From: Amoebophrya sp. A120
Taxonomy: Eukaryota > Protista > Dinoflagellata
Reading direction: 5' to 3'
Assembly (NCBI GenBank): GCA_905178155.1
Contig: CAJINV010000004.1
Coordinates: forward strand, 8,640,882-8,704,881
Length of the DNA: 64,000 nucleotides
Below the pieces are notes generated by a model. That model had not been told where the DNA came from and searched no databases. It was given only the letters and a program-made list of their open reading frames with translations. A program made the translations under genes and the position numbers. This document shows positions 1-11,455 of the stretch, piece by piece; the first letter of the stretch is position 1; each line of letters begins with the position of its first letter.

Positions 1-840
1 CGAATTTTTAGCACCATTTAAGTTAATCTTTGCGTCACCCGCGACTCCTCGTAGACCAAAAACAGGCCGCCCCTGCGGTGCAGGTCCAACTGCCCCGCCG
101 CCGTGCTGAGGTGGTTCTAGTAGCGTCTCCGTCTTCAGTTCTACTTGCACCGCGCTTGTTTTCACCCTAGTAGTACCAGCACCACGAAGTAGGTCCTCTC
201 CGCTGGAACAGGGAGCAGGATTTCCTCCTCCCGCTAAAACCTTGAATCGTGTCGTGGTTGGCAGACTCTCCAGCACGACCCCAAACCCGGCAATCACGCC
301 GAGGTACTGTCGGGAGGTTTGGTTCGGAAGGACGGGAACTTTTACTCGCCCAGCATCGTGTTCCGCGGGTTTTGCTGCTTCATTTTCCTCCACCCGGATT
401 GTTGTATCAGCCTGCTTCATCGCTTTTGCCTTCTGTTTTGCCTCCACCTCTTCCACCTTTGCCTTCTGTTTTGCCGCAGCAGCGGCACCACCGACTTTCG
501 CCATTTTCTGTTTATTCCCCGGTGCAGCAGCAGCAGCAGCACCTCCACTCGATGATGTTCTTACGACAGGCGGCGTGATCTCTTTCCAGCCAAAGGTTTG
601 GCCGATGGGTAAGGTGTGCTCCAGGCGGAGCTCCTCCGGGGGAACTTGCAAGTCGATCCACTCATTCGCTCGGCTGAGGGAAGTAGATGGCAGACAGTTT
701 ATCGCTGGACTACTTACCTTTCCGGGCTGTTTCGTCCGGTACAGCTTGGTTCTTTTTGGAGACCGCTTGTGGTCGTCCGAAGTAGGAGCTACTGCAACCC
801 GTGCTCCGGCCGGCAACATGTTTTGTATCGAATTGTTCAT
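1..840 (-). CDS. OGG1: 8-oxoguanine DNA glycosylase, N-terminal part (runs off window start)
   Basis: Open minus frame to position 1, absent from the ORF track because it has no stop: EWIDLQVPPEELRLEHTLPIGQTFGWKEI...YLGVIAGFGVVLESL matches the OGG_N pattern W..L....ELRL..TL..GQ.F.W. Contains an Ala/Lys-rich insertion. Confidence 0.75.
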   Translation of the reverse strand, partial: MNNSIQNMLPAGARVAVAPTSDDHKRSPKRTKLYRTKQPGKVSSPAINCLPSTSLSRANEWIDLQVPPEELRLEHTLPIGQTFGWKEITPPVVRTSSSGGAAAAAAPGNKQKMAKVGGAAAAAKQKAKVEEVEAKQKAKAMKQADTTIRVEENEAAKPAEHDAGRVKVPVLPNQTSRQYLGVIAGFGVVLESLPTTTRFKVLAGGGNPAPCSSGEDLLRGAGTTRVKTSAVQVELKTETLLEPPQHGGGAVGPAPQGRPVFGLRGVAGDAKINLNGAKNS

Positions 841-1412
841 TTCGCTTATGGACTGCACTATGGAGGTTTTAGTATTTCGCACTTGTAATTTGCTCACAGT
901 GAAGATTCTTCTTGTTCTTACGAATGGTCTTGATTTGATATCTTCCACTGTATGATGAAGCAAAAATCTGCGGCTCTGATTAATTCGCCGCATATAGTTA
1001 AGTACGAAAATTCATGCACGTTCTAAATTACGCTCACACCAACTGCCGCCTCTCAAGGGGTGCAACGAACAGGTTTATTGTAGGCTGAAAGGAGAAAATG
1101 AAAACCAGACAAGACGTGCCAAAAATCGATGAAGTGGCAAAAAATTCTACCCCGCTCGTTCATCAGGACGCGTCCGCGGAATATTCGCTTTCATGTAAAC
1201 AAGTACAACTCCAAATTTCTCCGTGATTGATATTTTAGGTTCCGTTTCGATTTTCAAGAAGAGCAAGAGCTCGCAATAATGTAATACTCCTGCTCGTCCT
1301 CTGTATACGTGTCGATTTCCACTGTAAAAAAAGTTGTTGTATCGTTCGGCATGGACCACCAGTGTGCTCTATTTGACTATCGTACGCGGACCGCTCGCCT
1401 CGTACATTTTCC

Positions 1413-4400
1413 TCAATCTGCACTGTGGTACCGTCCCAGCGTGTTTTTCTTTTTCCGCGGCTTCGCCGGGTCCGGCGTGCCGCCCACTTGTGCCTGCTGC
1501 CCCGAGCAGACTGCGACGGTTCCAACAGCCGCTGGGTCCGTGCTCAGGGCGGATTCCAACTGCGGTGTAGAGTAGTTGCTCTCCGTGCCACACAGCGGCG
1601 TGGAGAAAACGTGGGACTGCGGGTTGTTTTGCAGGTTCACAGCCTGTGGCGCCCCGTTTTGTAATATCGACGTCCCTGTCGCAGTAGCTCCTTTATTTTT
1701 CACATTCACCTGGTCTACCGTTATTTCTCCCTCGTCCGCGGTGGTACTCATTTCCTCCGCCTTTTTCTCTGTAGAAATCCGCTTCCCCAGCTTCACCCAC
1801 AGCTTTCCGTCGACAAACTTGTGCTCCCACCGCTTCAGCCGGTGCCCGTCCGGCACGTTGTTTTCCAGTTCCCCTTTCGTACTCACCTTGCGCCCGTCGC
1901 TCACGCGAAACCGCCAGTGGTGCATGGGGCACCGAATCGCGACCATGTCAGGAATCACTCGTTCCTGCTGTTCCTGCACAACTACCCCTGCCTTCGAGGA
2001 TGAAAGTGAAACCTCAAAAGCGCTCGGATTCGACCCCGCGGAGGTCGAAATCGTTGCCGCAGAAATCAGTTGCTCATCCGAGAATTTTGATGCCCCTGCT
2101 CCTTTCGCATGATGTTTAGTACTACCCGCCTGCAATCCCGCCTCCTCCGCGACGACAGCTAACTCTGCCCGCATCCCACCGACGTTGAACGCCCGGACAT
2201 CATGGTCGTCTGGTTCGTCGGACGAGGAGCTTCGGCTGGGCAGAATAGAAGAGTTGACGCCATGCTTATGCTGTTCCTCAACACAACGACCGGAAGAGAC
2301 AGACGCATTTTGTCCTCGTAAATCCTCCAGTCCCGCCGCCCCGGTATTAACCACCTCCATGCCCTCCTCCGCCGTGCCCGTCTCTGGCACGGCAAACAGC
2401 GCCTTCCCGAGCTGCGCGTTGCTGCTTGACCCCGGGATCGAGGGCTGCATCCTCAGTGTCTTCGGTTCCATGGGCGACGCCGCGTGGTAATTATTATTAT
2501 ATTCGCTGGAACTACTAGAAGTTGTACTGGTTTGGTGAGTAATATTCGCATGTAGTTGGTCCACCTGGTCGCGCAGGAGGCCCTTGTTATTCCCGGAGAG
2601 CGACAGGCCGCTGTTTGTCCGGCTCCGGCTACCCCCCTGTGTCGAATGGCGGTCTCTTGCAGCGGATGGGGGCGGGGTAATCATGTTACTACCGGAAGTT
2701 CCTGAAGACGAAGCAGTTGCACTACCTCCAGCAGCAGGCCCGTGAAGCTGCACGGGTAGAGTAGAGGAAGAAGATCCGCCCATTCTATTGAGAGGAAAAA
2801 TCCCCCCTCCCCATATCAAAATGGAAGTCTGTGATGCGGGATTCGTGTACCCAAATTATTTTATCATGCTAGAATGGAAAAGATGCGGACTGTAGTGCTG
2901 GGTGGCGTGGGAAAGCCTTGCATCTTCAGCATGACAGGAGGCAACTAGACAAGTGGGAAACACCATGACAAATTGCCCGAAAACGAGGAGGCGACGGCGC
3001 CTCTTGGCCTTCTAGCAATACAAAGTTGATTTGCGTACTCAAATCAAGCATGACAAATTTCGTTTTCGATATGGGGAGGCGGGAGGATTTTTCCTCATGA
3101 TACATTCCGCCCGTTAGTTTCGACTCCGGTTTTTTCTTTTCCGCCGAGCCGCTGCCTCCCGAGGTCATATCAAAGTGAAAAAAGCCCCATACTCAGAAGA
3201 CAATTTGTGTTGCTGGATTTGTGTACACAAATGAGCTTTGTATTGCAGCAAGTAGAGCCTGGTGGCATATTCTAAGCCCATTTGGGTGCGCATTCGGCTA
3301 GCAGCTGAGCATGAGAAGCAAGTCTGAAATATGCGAAAGCGCATGACAGACTCGCTGTACAATGCGCCACATGGGTGCCGTTTGCCTTGTACGCAAGACA
3401 AAGCTGATTTGTCTCCACAAATCAGCATCACAAATTTCCTTTTCGATATGGGGAGGGGGGATTTTTCCTTATGATAGGTCATGACATGCCTTCGCAGGTT
3501 CTCCTCGGCCTCTAACGACCGTTCATATTGTGAGGAAGAATACCCCCTTCCCATATTGAAAGCGCATCCGTCTGAAAATTTGAGATGCAGACTTGTGAGC
3601 ACAAATCCTGTCTGTGTTGCAAAAGGGGCAAAGCCAGAGAGTCCGCCGCGTTATGCAGGCGGTTTGTGATGCTGTTGAGCTTACAGCATAGACGTTTGTC
3701 ATGCTAGTCGCCTACGTCAAAACCTCTCGACTCAGGCTTAGCAAATGCCTGCAGTCCTCTCCAGCAAGACAGACCTGATTTGTGTACGCACATCTAGCAT
3801 CAGAAACTTCGTTTCGATATGGGGAGGGGGGATTTTTCCCGTTGGTAGTTCGCGCTTTTTATTCTTGTCCCGCTCCGCGGTTTGGAACTGGTCGCTGACG
3901 TATCAAGTGCACAAATGTCTGGGTCTGGAAGATTGCCAGGTTTGTCATGCATATTTTGCACAACCCACGATGCCTGTAATGCATGACCTAGCGTCATAGA
4001 TTTTATTTAAAGGGCCTTCTGATGCGTATTCCGCATGAGAAACGCCCACTCCGCGTAAGTAGCACAAACTGAAAAGCTCTTCTTGCTGGTCATGCAATAC
4101 AGATTTTTTTTACCTTCCAAAGACAGCATCACAAGTTGCAACCTTCCAGACCCAGACATTTTTGCATTTGATATGACGCTGTTGCTCGCGTTCGACCCGC
4201 AGCTGAGGCGATTTTTCCGGGCGTTATCCTATGTAAAAACATCCCCACACCAGAGTCAAGATGGGAAATCTGCTAGACAAATCAACCAGCTTTGGTTGTT
4301 TCGCATGACAAAAAATTTGGCCCCGTAGTGAATTAATCCTGTTTAGCTAGCTCCAGCCGCATCACAGATCTAGCATATAATGATGATTTGGGCATCACAA

Positions 4401-7400
4401 ACTCCAAAACACGACGGGGAAATGCCTCGCATGGAGCTCCGCATCAGAAACAATTTTCATTTTGGCATGCAGATTTGCATGACAACTCTGGGGTGGGCAT
4501 GTTTTTACTCAGCATAGGCGTTGTGCGCGTGGTAGTCCCCGTTGGCGTCGGGAAAGTCCTTTGCCGGGAGTTGCGGCATCACCTTAAGATTATTTTTGAC
4601 AAGTACAAGACCTCACAGTCACACCACGTCATATGAAGCCACAGCTTCAATGAAACATCAAACATACATTTTCTTCTTCATGAAATTATGTCATGCAATG
4701 TTTCTGCAATGTTGTCGAAGAAGAAAAACTTTCATTATAGAGGACTCTCTTACCTCCAGTATCGACGATTCCCACTTGCTCTTCGGGGTGGGCGTCATGG
4801 GCAGAAACTTCTGCCGGTCGTTTAATGGATCCAACGCGTCGTCACAGGCCACGGTGTCGACCCCGGCAACGATGTTGTCCTGTTCGCCAGTCGCAGGGTC
4901 CTGGTTCGTTTACGTATCATTGGAATCAGCATTGAAATTGGAAGGAACAGTGCGCTGCCGCGCACAAATCATCATAGCTATCGTCTGATGTTGTACTACT
5001 TAAATGCACCAGGGAGATCTACTTAAAACGGCAGAAGAACACTAAACACCTCGCCGAACAACGGTTCCACACCAGTTCCGCCGCCGGCCCTTGTATCACG
5101 CAGAAAAAAGCAGGCAGGTCATATTTGTAAATGCAAAAATAAATAGACAAAAAGATTTGTACTGCATACCCTGAGCAGCACGCTATGGGGCCGCCCATGA
5201 TAGATTTTCGTTTTGGTTTTTCTCTGTATTTATTTTTGCATATACAGACATATGCCCCGCTAACTTGGATTGTTTGCCAAGTAGGCTACAGACATATACC
5301 CCTCTCTGGGATGTATGTATGCACATACATATCCTCCAAGTCTGTACAGACTGGGCATATCTACTTGTAGTAAGTCTGGGCATATCTACCATGCAAGACT
5401 TGTATACATACAGACTCTGCATGCAGTAGTGTACTACTGTATACATGACCATGCAGTCTAGTCTGCCCAGACTTGTATACATATATGTATGTATATGGCA
5501 TATCTATCCATGCCAAGTAGGCTACAGACTTATACCCATCCTCTATATGTATCCTCCAAGTAGCTACAGACATAGCCGTGACATGTGCTAACTTGTATAT
5601 TCTCTGGGATGCCTTGGATTGTTTGCCAAGCAGGATTGGTCCATCAAGTTGCATTGCAGGAACAGGAAAAAGAGCGAACGCCCGGCAAGCCATTTCAAAC
5701 GGGGTAAGGGGGCCCCTAGAGCCCCCTGGAGCGCCCCCGTTTGGGTCGTCCGGGTTTCCTCGGTTGGGGGTCATCCCAACTCCAACCGATTTCGAGCCCT
5801 AGGGCCCAATAAAAAGCCCCCTTTCTGGGTGTTCGGTTTTCGACTGTTGAAACGGGGCCGAGGAAAAAGAGCGAGCGCCCGGCCTCCCATTTCAAACGGG
5901 GTAAGGGGACCCCTAAGGCCCCCTAAAAAGTCCCCTTTTGGGTCGTCGGGGTTTCTTCGGGTGGGGCCATCGCAACCCCAATCGATTTCGACCCCTAAGG
6001 CCCCCTAAAAAATCCCCTTTCTGGGTAGCGAGCACACCCCGCCGTCGCTTTTTTCCTCTCACTCTCACGAAAATTCTGCACGCCCCTACGTGTTGGGTGA
6101 GGAAAAACAAAACAAACGAGCGGCGCGCAGCGCCGCGCCAAGCCAAAAATTTTGGGTGGCTGAGGAAGGCGCGGCCTTCTTTTTTAAGAAGGTCACGACG
6201 CGCGCGAGTTTTTTTCTTTGTTTTTTCTCGCTGCGATGAGGGCCATTGCTCTGGGGTTTTGGCGATCAGGTATACTATTTGTGAGGGGCGTCCCGCCGCG
6301 GAACCGCTTTGCGAAGGGCCGCGACGAATAGATACAGAAAGAAGTAACCAAATCACCACCCTACCGTGGGGGGAACAGCGGCGCGGGCCACCTTTTCCCT
6401 GCACTGAGTAATGGGGGGGAGGGGGGGGATCGGGATGCATGCATGGTTTTTGGGGGCATTACTTGAATAATGGTCCGACTTTTGTTGGACGAGATCTTAC
6501 AACAAATATGCCCTGCTAACTTTTTTCTCTGGGATACCTTGGATTGTTTGCCAAGCAGGATTGGTCCATCAAGTCGCTCATCCGGCGGGCCCGCGGCGAT
6601 CCGTCCCGACTTATGCTGAGCAAAAACGTCCCCACGACCCCATAGTCAAGCTGGTAAATGTGCAACACAAATCTCCAAGTTTTGGGTGTTGTGCACGACA
6701 AGTTTTTCATCTGCAGTGTTGTGCTGCTTAGCAAGGGAAACCGCATGGGAAAACCCTTTTCTCATGCTGTTTACAGCATTACAAATGCCAAAACACGACT
6801 GGAAACGCCTCTCATGGGGATGCGCATTACAGATGCTCCTGTCATTGCACATTTGCATTACAACTCTGGGGAGGGGGGGACGTTTTTACACAGGATACGA
6901 CTCCGCGCCGCGCCATCCGGAGTGGTTTCCAACGAACCGGTATTGTTCGTATTCACTTCTTTCGACGACGAAACAGAGCTGCCGGCCTTTGGCGTGCTCC
7001 TGGACCGATTCGAGCTGCCCGCGTCTTGGTTGAGAAAAATCTGGTTATTTTGCGAGGAGTTTGCAACGGAACATCGGCTCAGGGATTGCAACGCGGGGTC
7101 CAGAATGATCGGATCCACCACGGTAGCTGCACCACCTCCTCCCGATAAGCGCCGCCGAGGGTCAATTGTACTCCCGAACAGTAAAGGCGGCCTGGAAGGG
7201 GAGGAGGAGGAGGAGGAAGAACTACTACCTTGTACTGCTCCGAAAGTAGGACCTCCACCAGCTGCACCGAAGATTGGCGCTGTTCCTGTAGTAGTAGTTC
7301 CCGCTGGTGTAGTCACCAGCCCGCCGCCCCCCTCCTGCGGATTTTGCTGCTGCGGAAAAAGCTCGATTGGCGCCGCAAGCAGGTTGGCGGGCGGTGGAGG

Positions 7401-10373
7401 TGCGGAGGAGGAGGGTGACAGGGCGTTTTTTGCTGAAGAAGACGACTCCTCCGTTTGCGGAAGCTGCGCGACTTCCTGCTCTGCTTCGAGTGCGTCGTGA
7501 TAGCGCGAGGCTACCGTTCCGGCAGAGGACGAGGTAGAGCTTGACGAAGATGGGTCAGCAGCAGGAGTCGGTGCTGGAAGGATGTCGTTCACACTTGGGG
7601 CCCGGTCCATAAACAGAGGTAGCGTGTTGTGCGCGGTGGATGAGGTGCTTGAAGTAGCACTAGCTTGTTGTGCCGTGACAGCACTGCCGCTGCCGCTGGT
7701 GTTATAATTTTCCCCTTCTACATTAGCCGTATCTACTCCCTGTAGAAGTTCCTGCGCACCTCCAAGAAAGCCTCCTGCACTTACCATCGGCCCGGCTTCC
7801 CGCACCGGGCTCGCTTGTTTCGGCACTCCGCCCGCCTCTTTTAGCATGTTGACGAAGCTCTCGTCTGCCGCGTCGTCGCTCATTTTTCGGTCTAAATTCG
7901 TCGTGGAACTGTCCTCAGGCTCCGTGTTGGCGTATCCGGGGGAAAAACGTACCCACGCCAGAGTTGCAATGCAGATTTGCAAAGACGGGAAGACTTGTAA
8001 TGCGCATCCGCATGAGAGCCATTTTCAATCGTGTTTTGGAATTTGTGATGCTGTGAACAGGATGAGCAGACGAATCTGTGATGCGGCTGCACTTGCTAAC
8101 CTGCACTACAATGCAGAGTGCAACTTGTCATGCGTGACTCACAAAACTCCTAGGTTTGTGTTGCAAAATTCCCATCCTGACTCTGGTGTGGGTACGTTTT
8201 TACTCAGGATATGGCGTGTTGTCGCGTGAGCTTCTTTTTCTTTCTCGCGCGCGGGGGAGCAGCTCCGGAAACGTTAGAAACCTCAAATGCGCCAGCTGCT
8301 GCTCCGGAGTTATTATATGTGTCCACCCCCCCGGCTGTGGATGATACCACACTCGGCGAGGGGAGCAGGCTGGTGGAGGTACTAGACGCAGCTGGCCCCG
8401 CTATCCTGAGCAAAAACGTTCCCACCCCAGAGCCAAGATGGAGATTTTGCAACACAAACCGAGAAGTTTTGCGACTCACGCACGACAAACTGCAGGCTGT
8501 AGTGTAGTGCAGTGTAGCCTGTAAATCCGCATAACAAATCCATCTCCTCATCCTGTTCACAGCATTACAAGTTCCAAAACACGATTGGAGGTGCCTGTCT
8601 CGGGCATGCGCATCACAAATGCTCCTGTTGTTGCTAATCTGCATGACAACTCTGGTGTGGGCACGTTTTTACATAGGATACCCGCGGCAACCGAGGAGAG
8701 GCAGGACTCGTAGGGCGACGAAGCGGAGGTATCCTGTATAAACACATCCCCACCCCAGAGTCAACCTGGGGATTTTGCAACACAAACCTAGAAGTTTTGG
8801 GACTCACGCATCACAAGTTGCAGTCCGTAGTGTAGTGCAGGTTAGCAAGGACAAGCGCATCACAAATCCATCTGCTCATCCTGGTTACAGCATTACAAAT
8901 CCCAAAACACGACTAGAAACGCCTCTCATGGAGATGCGCATTACAAATGTTCCTGTTATTGCAAATCTGCATCACAACTCTGGGGTGGGGACGTTTTTAC
9001 AAATGATAGGAGGAGCTAGAATTCGAGTTCGCTCCGGAGGAGCTGCTGGAGGACGAAGAGGTCCCGCTCCCGCTGCTGCTGTTTCCCCCCTTATGCATTG
9101 CAAACTTGTCCGGGTCTGGAAGGTTGCAACTTGTGATGCTGTCTTTGGATTCGAAAAAAATCTGTATTGCATGACCAGCAAGAGGGGTCCAATTTGTGCT
9201 ACGCGGGGAGGGAAATTTTCATGCGCAATAGGCATCAGAAAGGCCTCTAAAAATCTGTGATGCCAGGTCATGCATTACAGGCGTCACGGGTCTGTCATGT
9301 AAAATCTGCATGACAAGTCTTGCACTCTTCCAGACCCAGACATATTTGCATTTCATACCCCTGGATGGTCGGCAACGAGCCCGGGGTCGACGTCCCGCCA
9401 GGAAGATGAACGCAGGGCGGGGACGACGGTGGCGGAATTTTCTTCTTTCCCAGCATGTCCTCGATGTCTGTTAAGTCGCCCCTGCACAGATCGCCGTTGT
9501 TATGCGGACACCGGCCCTGGTACACCCGGTCGACGCCGTCGTAGCGGATCCACATCAGCGAGCGGGCCAGGGTGTTCGTGACCGGTTTCACGAGCTCGCC
9601 GGTTTCCAAATTCACCTCCGGTACGAAAAAGCTTTCGCCATATTTCATGGCCACGTCCTCGCTCTTGAACAGCCAATTGGCCACTATCTGCCGCTCCGGG
9701 GGCTATCCACCGCAAATATCGATCTGGGTCTGGATGAGTTGTAGGTGGTACAACGAACTTGTCATCGATTATCAAATCTGAATCATGCAAATAAAATCTG
9801 TGTTGCATCAGTACCAAGAGGTGCCCACTTTCGACCAAGTTATCGGAGGGAATTTCTACTCATGCAGGATAGCCATGATATTAGAGAACAACTCCTCACA
9901 GAAGAGTCTGTCACGCTAGGTCCCGCATTTTTCCAAATCTCCATCTCTTGGTGGTCAGGTTAAACCTGCATGACAAGTCTTGCATCACTCCTCCAGACCC
10001 AGATCGATATTTGCAATGCATAGGGGCAGCAGGTCCGCATTTTCCTCCATGGCTTTCTGTTCCGTCGCTGTGGTCTATCCTGTGTAAAAACGTCCCCACC
10101 CCAGAGTTGTCATGCAGATTTGCCATGACAGGAACATTTGTGATCCGCAACCCCACGACAGGCATTTTCAATCGTGTTTGGGAACTTGTAATGCTGTAAA
10201 CAGGATCAGCAGATCGATTTGTGATGCGTGTGTCCTTGCTAGCCTGCACTACCTTACGGACTGAAACTTGTCATGCGTGACTCCTAAAACTCCTAGGTTT
10301 GTGTTGCAAAATCCCCATCCTGACTCTGGTGTGGGTACGTTTTTACTCAGGATATGGTCCGTCTCTTCATCAT
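1413..10373 (-). CDS. Rieske [2Fe-2S] domain protein (RFESD-like), ~1210 aa, 13 introners + 2 GT-AG introns (4583-4753, 4901-5049)
   Basis: Manual splicing keeps one frame throughout. Motif 1 GRCPHNNGDLCRGDLTDIED at ~9460-9515; motif 2 IRCPMHHWRFRVSDG at ~1890-1940. Start ATG uncertain. Confidence 0.8.
2786..3102. mobile_element. Introner family C (TIR TAT..GAGGAAAAATCCCCCCTCCCCATATC)
   Basis: TIRs, TSD CATTC, in-frame removal. Confidence 0.9.
3168..3476. mobile_element. Introner family C
   Basis: TSD GGTCA, left TIR degenerate, in-frame removal. Confidence 0.85.
3526..3847. mobile_element. Introner family C
   Basis: TSD GTTCA/GTTCG, in-frame removal. Confidence 0.85.
3901..4173. mobile_element. 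Introner family A (TIR TATCAAATGYAAAAATGTCTGGGTCTGGAAG)
   Basis: TSD TGACG, in-frame removal. Confidence 0.92.
4225..4516. mobile_element. Introner family B (TIR TATCCTGTGTAAAAACGTCCCCACCCCAGAGT)
   Basis: TSD GGCGT, in-frame removal. Confidence 0.92.
5094..6536. mobile_element. Introner family G expanded by ~1.3 kb of nested sequence
   Basis: Ends match the 155-bp copy at 53745-53899; TSD CCTTG; in-frame removal (NNPR|AGGG). Confidence 0.8.
5666..6026. repeat. Diverged tandem duplication, ~196-bp unit, inside the expanded introner
   Basis: GGAAAAAGAGCGA.CGCCCGGC...CATTTCAAACGGGGTAAGGGG at 5666 and 5862. Confidence 0.75.
6612..6897. mobile_element. Introner family B
   Basis: TSD CGACT, in-frame removal. 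Confidence 0.9.
7933..8211. mobile_element. Introner family B (279 bp)
   Basis: TSD TGGCG, in-frame removal. Confidence 0.92.
8402..8680. mobile_element. Introner family B (279 bp, opposite orientation to 7933)
   Basis: TSD CCCGC, in-frame removal. Confidence 0.92.
8730..9008. mobile_element. Introner family B (279 bp)
   Basis: TSD GGAGG, in-frame removal. Confidence 0.92.
9092..9357. mobile_element. Introner family A
   Basis: TSD CCCCT, in-frame removal. Confidence 0.9.
9704..10022. mobile_element. Introner family A variant
   Basis: TSD GGGGC, in-frame removal. Confidence 0.88.
10076..10354. mobile_element. Introner family B (279 bp)
   Basis: TSD TGGTC, in-frame removal. Confidence 0.92.
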
Positions 10374-10632
10374 CAAGTTCCGCCCCAGGCTGCCTCCGGA
10401 CCCGGTTCCTGAAATTTTGTTTTGGATAGTGTCAACAACTATATTAGGGCGGCTAAGTAGGAGTACTTAATATTACCACTATCAAAACACCATCCAGGAG
10501 ATCATGCGGGTCCGCGAAATTATCGTTCCAATCATGCGTTGGCAACAAGACATGTAGAAGTTCCAATTATACATCTGTCATGCAGTAGTTGCAGGACCTC
10601 AAAGAGGACTTCTACGTAGGAGCTATAATAAA

Positions 10633-11455
10633 TCACTTATTCATCTTGCAAAAGGAGTGCTGCAACAGAATTTCTAACTGTATCTCTATCTTCTTCAAGA
10701 AGGACTGCATAGTACGGTTCTCGGAAATGGTTCTTTTCTGTTTCTTATCAAATGTAAAAATGTCTGGGTCTGGAAGATTACGAGATTTGTCATGCATTTT
10801 TCGGATCACGCAAATGGCGTCTGATGCAGTCAAAAGCATCACAGGTTTTCAGCACGCCTTATGATGCCTGTCCCGCATGAGAAACTTCCTACTTGCGGAC
10901 CAAGAAATGGACAGCTTTTGGCGCTCATGCAACACAAGTTTTTGCGTGTTCCAGAGTTTGCATCACAAGTTCCAACTCTTCCAGACCCAGACATTTTTGC
11001 ATTTGATATTTCTCGGGCAGAATACTCCGGTCCTTCTGGGCCATCAACGCCCACTCCACAAACCTCTCACCCCAGGTCTTTGCGTCCTTCGCGTCTGCAT
11101 CAGTGTACTTCGTTTCCCACCAGAGCTGCCCGTTGGGGTCTTCGTGCAGCGTCCCTACCGTCGCGTCCATGATCTCTCCGCGCGTTTCGGTAAAAATAGT
11201 GCCGCGCAAAAGAGGTTCTACACCTACGCTGCGGTGGGGGTAAGAATGGGAAAGTTCTTCTTGTGCCAATCAGATAAACTCCGCGGAGTGGCTCGCAGCT
11301 TTCTTGAGTCGACGCAGCTCGTGATGTTCTTCCAGGTACCTACCTCCAGGAGCGCGGCGCGGGCCGCAGCTTGTTGCAGCTTCTCTTGGTCCTGCTTCTA
11401 TTTCATCATCTTCAAAGACGCACAGAAGCTGCTCAAAAAGTAGATCTGGGACCAC
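10633..11455 (-). CDS. Hypothetical protein fragment, 5' end unresolved
   Basis: ORFs 10925-11269 and 10633-10842 join in frame across introner 10746-11008 (ILPEK|QKRT). Confidence 0.4.
10746..11008. mobile_element. Introner family A
   Basis: TSD TTTCT. Confidence 0.92.

Noticed and set aside
2786-10354. CRISPR-like alternation of repeats with ~45-bp unique spacers
   Set aside because: The repeats are 260-320-bp TIR elements, the spacers are in-frame exons, and I found no cas genes
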